A stretch of DNA of 63,920 bases, the filler included, from Sphaeroforma arctica JP610 (lineage: Eukaryota), in assembly GCF_001186125.1 (NCBI RefSeq). It is 6 parts of 3 records of this genome, joined end to end, with 100 filler letters (N's around TTAATTAATTAA, not from the genome) between each part and the next. Parts side by side here need not be neighbours in the genome. Positions count along the whole stretch, not along the records: positions 39,259 to 57,216 come from NW_014040553.1; positions 57,317 to 59,477 come from NW_014040552.1; positions 59,578 to 63,920 come from NW_014040551.1; 3 more parts are not named here. One strand, written 5' to 3'. Below the pieces are notes generated by a model. That model was not told where the DNA came from, ran no database searches, and saw only the letters and a program-made list of their open reading frames with translations. Shown here piece after piece: positions 55,071 to 63,920 of the stretch (positions within the stretch are counted from its first letter, which is position 1; every line of letters starts with the position of its first letter). The translations under genes and the position numbers were made by a program.

Positions 55071-57316
55071 AGACAATAGTCATATTAATCCAATTGGATT
55101 ATTTAATTGTATTGTAATTGTATTCATATTGTTAGTTTATTGCAATCATATCATATAATAAATGGTACCTGGTATCGTTATCGCCTATTACTATGTATAT
55201 ATATTTAATGAAAAATTCATATAGTTGATTCTGCTAAACGTGTCGTTATATATGTTGTACAGTATGTTTTTTCGCAAATGTCTATGAATCTCGTGAATGT
55301 TCCACAATATGAATGCTATACGATGCTAGATTCGAGAGATAATAAGGTCTACGTTTCATTAGTACTTGGTATACGAAAGTGTCAAATCAATAGGCAATGT
55401 ATTGATAAAAATAATTTTCTGATATAATCGACCTATAATACGAAGGCCCTCTTTTTTTGCTAAATAAATAACTATGACTGAAAGCAAACACCAGTGTATG
55501 TGTCCGAGTCCCTTTCTATATATATAGAGTGTTTTTATGCCTAAAATGTATACATATATGCCCCTGGAACCATACCAATCGCGTCTCACTGACCTCTGTG
55601 TTCTTTCAATCCAAGCGGTGTACGCAAAGACACTCAAGTTTGCCGGGGATAACCAACTGACACAGAAAGAACAAACCGTGTCAGGTCTACGCTCTCTAAC
55701 CACTACCGCCTACGACAACCCTAGAGTGGATGTATGCCTTCTACGTAGTAAACCAGGCAATAGCCTATACACATATACTATTTTCACTTGCCGTAGGTGT
55801 GATAGCAGCGAATTGGGTACACCACCCAGGTATGTTTCAAGTATAAATGAAGTTACGGGGTCCCCGTTGACAGCACTTCCCACACTGTACAAAACATACT
55901 AGATATTGCGCATACAAATACTCTCTCAGTATATAGCATAACACAACAAATATTCAACCACCAGCTACCAACAGCTCCTTATCAAATTCAATCAGCATAT
56001 AATGCAGCAGGATTCACACACAAAAGTCTATTCAGAAAAGCCCTCATAGATTCAGGTGCCATGATACATATATACGCAAGAGCACCGAGGGTGTCGCCAA
56101 TATCTACAAGGGCAATTTTATTGTCAAATTCCAGACAAATCATTCAGGCGATATTTACGCCTTAAAGCAAATAAACGCGTAAGTAAATTCCAAGTATCGT
56201 GAAAATATCAAAGTAAATAAACGAAATGAGACTTTTAGTAAAGTTAGGTATGCCTCATGAAAACAGCAATACTCTGAGGGATTGTGAGGCTGAGACATTG
56301 CCTATATATAATCCTATCAGTACTGTTTCCGCCGAAGGGATTCTATTTAGTGTTTCGTCGTCGCTCTATTAGAAACTATGGTATGTTTCGTTGGGACGAA
56401 TCCGAGAGACTCATAAAATCCTATCTTTAAAATAAAAAATAAAAATAAAAATACTCTTGATGTCCTTAGTTATTGTCTTAACCAATAACTTGCCACTTAT
56501 CAAGAATTACCGACTTAGCCTTCATCAGACTGGCACATCTGGTTGGCTGATCGGAGGTTAAACTAGGTAACGTTAATAGTCCCTAGAAACCTGTATTCGG
56601 TTGAGCCATCTCGCTACCGAAGTATTCAGATATAAATAGAGTTGGAAAGTAAATATAGTTCTATTAATAAAACTAGACCAACTCTTATATTTGGTATTTT
56701 ACTGAGGCCTTTTAATGGCCTCGTCCAAATATTTGATATGTAAAATGGAAAAGGTGTTAATTAATATAACCATTAAAACCCATTTAGGAAACCTAAGTTC
56801 CTCGTACTATTAAGAGTACGTTTATAATTTACGTACTGCCTAAGAGTACGTTTATAACATAAGAGTCTAATGTGGAGGCCCGGCTATTACACAGCCCCCA
56901 CCCAGCTTTGAGACCCATGAGAAGCAAGTTGCTCACTCAAGCTGATTATGGGTCAAAAAGTGAGAAAGGAAAAACGGGTCGAAAACATTAAGTAGCATAA
57001 CATATAGTTAATGTTTCTCAGGCGGAGAAGTTTAGCGTTCTCGGTTACCCTGAGAGTTTTGGGCTTAGGTCCAGTAGGTCCGTGGTGGTCGACTGGACGT
57101 TTCTTACGCTTCAGTGTCTTAAGCACATATGAAGGATGAGCATTAAAGCTCGGGATAAATGCTGTAGGCTGATAAGTTTTAACTTCCGTGCCTTCCTACG
57201 ATGGAAACATGCTATCNNNNNNNNNNNNNNNNNNNNNNNNNNNNNNNNNNNNNNNNNNNNTTAATTAATTAANNNNNNNNNNNNNNNNNNNNNNNNNNNN
57301 NNNNNNNNNNNNNNNN

Positions 57317-57355
<39 letters not shown>

Positions 57356-57358
57356 GTG

Positions 57359-57414
<56 letters not shown>

Positions 57415-57468
57415 ATATGTATATGCATATGTATATAAAGAACTAGGTCCTATACCACCCGCACATAC

Positions 57469-59315
57469 ATGCGACCTCTAAGAGCGGCAGGAATGTTACG
57501 CTGGCCACGATTTGACGGATGAGGCCTTGGATTTCTTTCTGTAGCGTTGATTCCGAGCGCTCTCGAGGTGTCCTGTTGTGTGTATAGCAGGTGCGGTCAA
57601 CACTGTGTGCAAGCCCGTTGAATCCGTTTGCACATGAGTAAACGTATCTTTGAAAAATATACGACAAAGCTCGGGCATGGTGAGTTAACAGCAGGTACAG
57701 ATAGATGGATGCAGAGCATAATGGGTCCATTCAACGTAATTGAAAACGTGCGTCAAAGCCCATGCATTGTAGATATACCTTAACCCTAAACCCTAGGCCC
57801 TACAGGAGGTGAAGTAGACATTCTGTGCAGTATATGATAGGTCGCTTGGCTATGGAACAAACGAAACTGACAGACTTGCGTGCTGCTCTTGTCGTGTACA
57901 CAGCGAGAGAGGACCTTTCGATCGCACATACATCAATAAGGTGTACGATCACACCCAAAACACTGTCAAAAATACAACCATACATTAATTAAATATAAAC
58001 GTAAACTAGTTATGTACGATCACACCCAAAACACTGTCATATATACAACCATATATTAATTATATATAAACGTAAAGTAGATGTGTACGATCACACCCAA
58101 AACACTGTCATATATACAACCATACAATAGTTATATATAAACGTAAACTAGTAATAAGCGCAACCTCCCACAGTACTTGTGTACAATATCTCCTTGTATC
58201 AGACACGTACGAGTCATGTGTGACAGTCCGATCCGCATCTATATTGAAGACCCATCGCTCAATCGTTTCACCCGTCTCTGCACTACAGACGATTAGCACT
58301 AGCTTCTGCGCGTTGTGTCGCCCGACCCATTCTGTTGTAGAGATAGCATTCGAAAGTACTTCAGCATTACGAAGTATTGGGTATACGTACAGCTGCTGAA
58401 TGGTGGCCGAGTGGTCTTGATATGGCAGAGTTGTCTTTGTATGTAACAGTAGGTGAAACTGCCTACAGTTGATTCTGATGTGAAAACTGGAGTGGTTGAT
58501 TCTGTGACAAAAGGGGTTGATTCTGTAGCAAAAGGGGTGGATTCTGTGACAAACAGTTCCGTGGCAAACGGTAGAGCAATCAGATCAGAAACATTGACGG
58601 TGGAAAGAGAATATTGGCGACCCGGACGTGTCCGGTTGGTGGGGTATCCAATCCAGACGCCGACCGATAGGATTGAGTACGTATTTAAAGAATTTAAAGT
58701 TTGAGTACGTATTCGAAGCACTAAAGTTTGAGTACGTATTTAGACCACTAAAGTTTGAGTACGTATATAAAGCATTAAAGTTTGAGTACGTATCTAAAGC
58801 ACTAAAGTTTGAGTACGTATATAAAGCACTAAAGTTTGAGTACGTAAATAAAGCACTGAAGTTGTCACTAAGAACAGCGCGAACATCATGATATGAGCAT
58901 ACAAGCGCCTCGGCTCATCATACTGTGCTCTCTCAGAGTACTGTTTGCGTAGAAGGGCATAGAATGGCTGCAAAGCTTCTTTGAAACGCATTTAACATAC
59001 CAGGTCGTAGAGCGTGAATAAGTGTGTGAATTAAAACATTAAGCATGTCTTGAGATATTGATGAATATAGCAATAATCTGCTAAAGCCGTTGAATACCAA
59101 ATCGTATAAATATGCTGCAGCTTCAGGAACAAATGTGTGTGTACCGTTTGTGCTCATTTCACGCGTTGAGATATTATTACACACCTCTCATATGGACGAG
59201 AATCTTTGCTATGTAGTCCTTTAGCTTCGGATCGCTGGTTACCAATACACTCAGGCCATACTTCTTCATGGTCACAAAGGATTCCTGTGGGTAGATCCCT
59301 CGTTGAAAGAGTATA
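57469..59315 (-). CDS. MAD2: Spindle checkpoint HORMA protein MAD2, internal exons only (59315-59185, 58331-58211, 57572-57469)
   Basis: ILFQRGIYPQESF..MKKYGL, KLVLIV...GETIERWVFNI and EIQGLIRQIVASVTFLPLL. Splice phases are consistent. First and last exons not found, with gaps on both sides. Confidence 0.92.
57942..58152. repeat. ~70-bp tandem repeat x3 in a MAD2 intron
   Basis: tgtacgatcacacccaaaacactgtca...acaaccata...atataaacgtaaa repeated three times. Confidence 0.9.
58466..58553. repeat. ~21-bp tandem repeat in a MAD2 intron
   Basis: gttgattctgtgacaaaaggg-like units, about 4 copies. Confidence 0.8.
58674..58863. repeat. 27-bp minisatellite x7 in a MAD2 intron
   Basis: TGAGTACGTATATAAAGCACTAAAGTT consensus repeated head-to-tail. 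Confidence 0.95.
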
Positions 59316-60426
59316 CTGTGGAGTGTTGTAAATGAGGTATGGGATCAGTAGACTGACTCTGGATGTAAACCAATTATGGCAGACTACACATTGCAAGAAA
59401 GTAAAACTACATACCTACACAAACGTATAAATTTACTCTTGCATCCATATTACATTCGTACACATACATATTTATATNNNNNNNNNNNNNNNNNNNNNNN
59501 NNNNNNNNNNNNNNNNNNNNNTTAATTAATTAANNNNNNNNNNNNNNNNNNNNNNNNNNNNNNNNNNNNNNNNNNNNATATATATAGTGTTTTTTTAAAG
59601 TCTTGCTGTGTATATATACTACTATGGATAAATTATCCAATGCGCATCTCAGCTGGTTTGTAATCTGCACTACACCATCGGAACCGAATTGCAGCATGCT
59701 CGGTACAAGTCATTGTAGTATCTCCAGAAATACTGCAAACAATTAAGCACGTAATGATATCACCAGAAATAATGCCAAGAATTAAGCACGTGATTTGGTT
59801 GTAAATCGGGTGCCTAAGTAGTAGACCGCATATTCCCGAGTCAGGGCTGTCAATATACATACTATACTTCGATAAACCAAAGAGTCCACGATTCTATCGA
59901 AGTACTAAGCAAGCTAAGACTGGGCTGGTCTCGTCTTCCAGAATTGTATTTCTCGTACTCGCCTAATAGCACACCAACCGTTGTAGAATACGATGCCACG
60001 ATAGCTGAGGCAGCTGATGTCGTTTCTTAACATCGTTAGCTGTCAATCTTTATTGTTTGACATACTTCACAAGTATGGTTGGTATCACTAACAATTGTTC
60101 TCTAGAGTATGTGCTCTCCTATAATAATATCACGGTCTCAGCCAATACAGTTTCGCTGCTATGGGCTTTGCAGTCACAGAGTAGAAAATATACCGCCAAT
60201 TGCTGCCATTATATTATATCTAAATCTCTTCGGAGCAACAACAAACTATCACTGACAAACACCTTTTTGTACTAAATTAAAGTCGTTCTTAAGTATCTAC
60301 GTCAATTGACAATTGACTTGAAGCACTTGCAAATCATCTTTTCTCCACACCGCTTCCAGTGTGATGTAATTGCACGCTCATTAGACTCGTGACAAGAACC
60401 CACTGCCGCAGGACGTATTTCTTAGA

Positions 60427-63400
60427 CTAATGACAGATTTCCTGGAAGCTCTTGTTGATAGCATCCTGGTCCATAAACCGACCTGATTTCCATTTTCCAA
60501 ATTCCAATTTGCGCGTGGCGATTGTAAATTATAAAATTAGTATGTACCTGAAATGTTCTATGAGGTTTCAAATATTCTAACCGCGTCTGAGGCTAACTCA
60601 TGACCGAATAGAAGTGCAGAAACAGGCGGGACTACTTATAATTTCATTTTTGAGCATCGAGTGCCGAGCGCAGTGAGCTGGGAGTGGATAAGGTTTCGCT
60701 CGCTGTCGAATCACTCGTATATAGAATAGACGATTGCAATGGACCCTGTGTACGAGATAGGCATACGTACGAAATATCACGATCTACAGCACAGTGAACG
60801 CTGAGTCGCACAGAACATCGACCGGCTATTGCTTGTTTTTATGGCTACTACTACTTACCGATTAGCAAGATTCGGTTATTGCGCTTCTCACCCTCTTCCC
60901 AAGGAGTTGTATAGAATATGTCTGAAATTTAAATTGTGGAGCATTTAGCACTTGCAAGGACGACACTATAAAGCTGCCACGGTCAATTCCATACACAATG
61001 AAGCCTACCAACTCGCATATCTTGTACAGTCACTGATCCATACAGTCACAGATCCACACAGCCACAGATCCATACCGAACATTTCTTGAACGGCTTGTAT
61101 TACCACACGCTCTTTCCTGTCTTTAAAGGATACGACTCCTTTTAATCGCAAAATTTGTTTGATGTCACTCTCTCCCTGTAAAAAAAATTAGATCCGAGCA
61201 ACAACAAAAATTTCAGTCAAAGCTCGGAAGCGCAATAAAGCGCCCAACTATACTGGTGCTGGTGCATTGCAATGGTGAATAATTTGGCTACAACGTCACT
61301 GATATATACTACAGATTATGAGATGGGTATTTGTGAGTACAAATTGGCATCCTGTGTATTAAAACAGAGAGAACACCTTTCATAGACCCACCTCATCGTC
61401 CATTAGCGTATGAGCTAGCCACCGGGTAAGCACCTCCTCTGAGACGACGTGGCCTTCTGCTTCCACTAGAACCGTACGAATTGTCTGTGCTCAGTGAGTT
61501 AAAATATACGCGGAACGGGAATTGAAGGCTGTGTGGTATCTTTATTAATTTAATCAGCTTCTGGATAATTCTAAACGGTCCCCTTATAAGTGCACGTGAG
61601 ACTTGTGATAATAAACGAACACCCGACCTCAAATCTCTAAAATTATAGGACTTTTCGATTGGGCGGAGATGTGTAATATGTATCTCAGCGAAAGTTTTGG
61701 AGGCAAGATAGACAGTACTAGAAACACAGCACTTTTGCAACTTCGCGGTCAATGTTTCAATTGGAGAGTAAAATCAATCATGCAAGCTCTCATATATGTA
61801 GATCAAATTTCATTACAAATTCTAGTTAAAGCACTAAAGCCAACTATGCCCAAAAAAAATTGTATCATATTAGTAATGGGAACAATCAACACCGCCAATA
61901 CAGCCCTAGCGGCTACCTATCACAGACTACAGCTCTCGTTAACCTACCGTATCAGCTACATGTTTGTAGTCCGCATACATCTCTTGGGCAAAATTGCTGG
62001 TATCTATAGCATCGTACGCGCGGAGGTCTAGTATGAAATCCAATTCCACCCTGCACAATTCAGAACCCAAAAAAACCAGTTAGTGCCAACCTTGGCGCGG
62101 ATGTGAGGTCAGTCAACCCCTGGTGAAAATATACCAGAAACGGTTGCGAATATAGAGGAGATATCCTATGCTATATCACATACAACCCCACGTCTAAGGG
62201 TTTAGAGTAACATCAATAACTCGCATAGTCGGTAGCGTGCGGGCAGCTTGGAAACCGAATCAAGGGTCCGCCGGCACCAACATATTCTGCGTTAAATGAG
62301 CAGGAATGACTGAGAAGGAGTGCGACTCTGACCAGACAAGACCAACTTAATTTGTGTTACATACTTCGCTCGTTTTGCCCGAGTAAGGGTAGCTGTTGCA
62401 TTGATTGACTTGATTGTCTTCTCTAGGGATGCAACCTCATCATCACCAATTAGATCACACTTATTCATTATGATCCTATCGGCAAGCGCGATTTGCCTTT
62501 CACATTCGGTGGTATTTCCTTCATTCGCAGCTTTTGATTTTACCTAGAGGGGGGGGCCACAGGCACGACATACATCTGTTTTTAATAAGCTCCAGTCCAC
62601 AAACATAGTACGAATGTGCAGATGTAGCCAACCAGCTTATAGCCAGGCAAATATTCCGGATCAGACAGGACTCGCCAGTCAGATGATGACAGGGCCATCC
62701 CACCATGTCATCAGTAGGGCAAAGCACAAAATGAACATACCTCTCCTTTGGCCACTTCTCCTTGCAGGTACTTCAAGCAATGTTTACTATCTATGACAGT
62801 CACCACACCATCTAGGAAAAGTTCAGCACCAAGCTCAGAATCCAACCAAAACATGCTAGCGATGGGGCCGGGATCCGCCAATCCGGTGGTCTCTAACAAA
62901 ATGTAGTCAAACTTTCCCTTTTTGAGCATCAGGTTTTCAATGGCTTTAACACCATTGTCTCTGAGTTGAGAAAGGACAAAAGAAGCATCGAGCTGAGATC
63001 AATAACAGGTTGAGTGGGATGGGTGAACATAGGCCGCACCACACTCGGCACGTGGCAAAAAGAACAATCTCTACGCAGCAGGGTTGCAATCAAGAAACTA
63101 AATTGATCTCATCTAGCAGGCGGAGGAAGGCGCCACTAAGGCGCAAACAAATGATTAAAAGGCCAACACCAGTACAAAAATCGACCTACTTCACCGAGCA
63201 ACACAGACAGCCGTTGCGAAGCTCGAGCCATTCTTCGTAGAGCTCCCCATCCTTGCCGACCTGCAACAACAATGAATAGCGTATCAGGAGTGTATAGTCT
63301 ATTTGCGCTACAGCAACGACAGAATGGGAACTCGGTTGTGAAAACTGAATCTTATGGAAATTCACATACAGATCGGCTTGATGGAGATGAGGCCGAGAAT

Positions 63401-63620
63401 TCCCCACATGGATACTTTCTGAGCACCCCTGGTGTCTACTTACCTGCATACTTTGCTCCATCGACTCACTGGCGCCAAACTCATTCAGAATAACAGCTAT
63501 GCGCTTGTCGTGCTGCTCTGTGAGAATGTAGTTCAGCAATGTAGACTTTCCTGCCCCGAGATATCCAGTGATAATTGTCACAGGAATTTTCGTCCCTGGT
63601 TGTGCTGTATTCGAATTCAT
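60427..63620 (-). CDS. ZNG1: ZNG1/CBWD (COG0523, CobW-type) zinc metallochaperone GTPase (exons ~63604-63444, 63260-63190, 62960-62741, 62543-62365, 62050-61948, 61484-61392, 61175-61076, 60921-60859, 60482-60427); true first exon probably outside the window
   Basis: [52 protein letters not shown], and CobW_C motifs ILRLKG and NRILLIGR. All junctions keep the frame. Confidence 0.93.
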
Positions 63621-63808
63621 GTAAAATGTAAATAGCCTTGAGTTAGATAGAATTTATCTGCCCGAGCAGAATTGTAGTAGAATGAAGAGTGTAGTGCTAT
63701 CAAGCATGAAGGCAATGGGCATAAGATTGATGTGCATCCACAAGTATACATTTTGGAACATATATACATCATCTACAAGTGAACATATATTTGGACGTGC
63801 AGGAGTTC

Positions 63809-63920
<112 letters not shown>

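Noticed and set aside
58674..58863. 27-bp repeat array as a CRISPR array or repeat protein (LKFEYVYKA)n
   Set aside because: Units are head-to-tail with no unique spacers, there are no cas genes, and the array lies inside a MAD2 intron. It is a minisatellite.

Overview
Intron-rich eukaryotic scaffold (GT-AG introns, (TA)n/(GT)n microsatellites, contigs joined by N-runs containing a TTAATTAATTAA all-frame-stop spacer). A unicellular holozoan such as an ichthyosporean is my inference from gene content and cannot be proven here. The left ~29 kb is gene-dense. It holds an unknown partial exon, a spliced TatB-like gene resembling plant mitochondrial TatB, an enoyl-CoA isomerase/crotonase with a tandemly duplicated intron, a CIP2A-like ARM plus coiled-coil gene, EPS15 (3 EH, coiled coil, DPF repeats, 2 UIM) head-to-head with eIF3j, and a partial RAD51D whose last exon is triplicated. 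About 29-57 kb is a transposon graveyard: one full-length but decayed Ty1/copia element with both LTRs, several more copia fragments on both strands, and a decayed Mutator-like element with a Ulp1/C48 protease remnant. Short, almost all co-oriented (CCCTAAA)n telomere-type tracts occur there, some at apparent deletion junctions. The right end has three internal MAD2 exons and a multi-exon ZNG1/CBWD (COG0523) gene. All family calls come from motifs recognised by eye; no database search was run.
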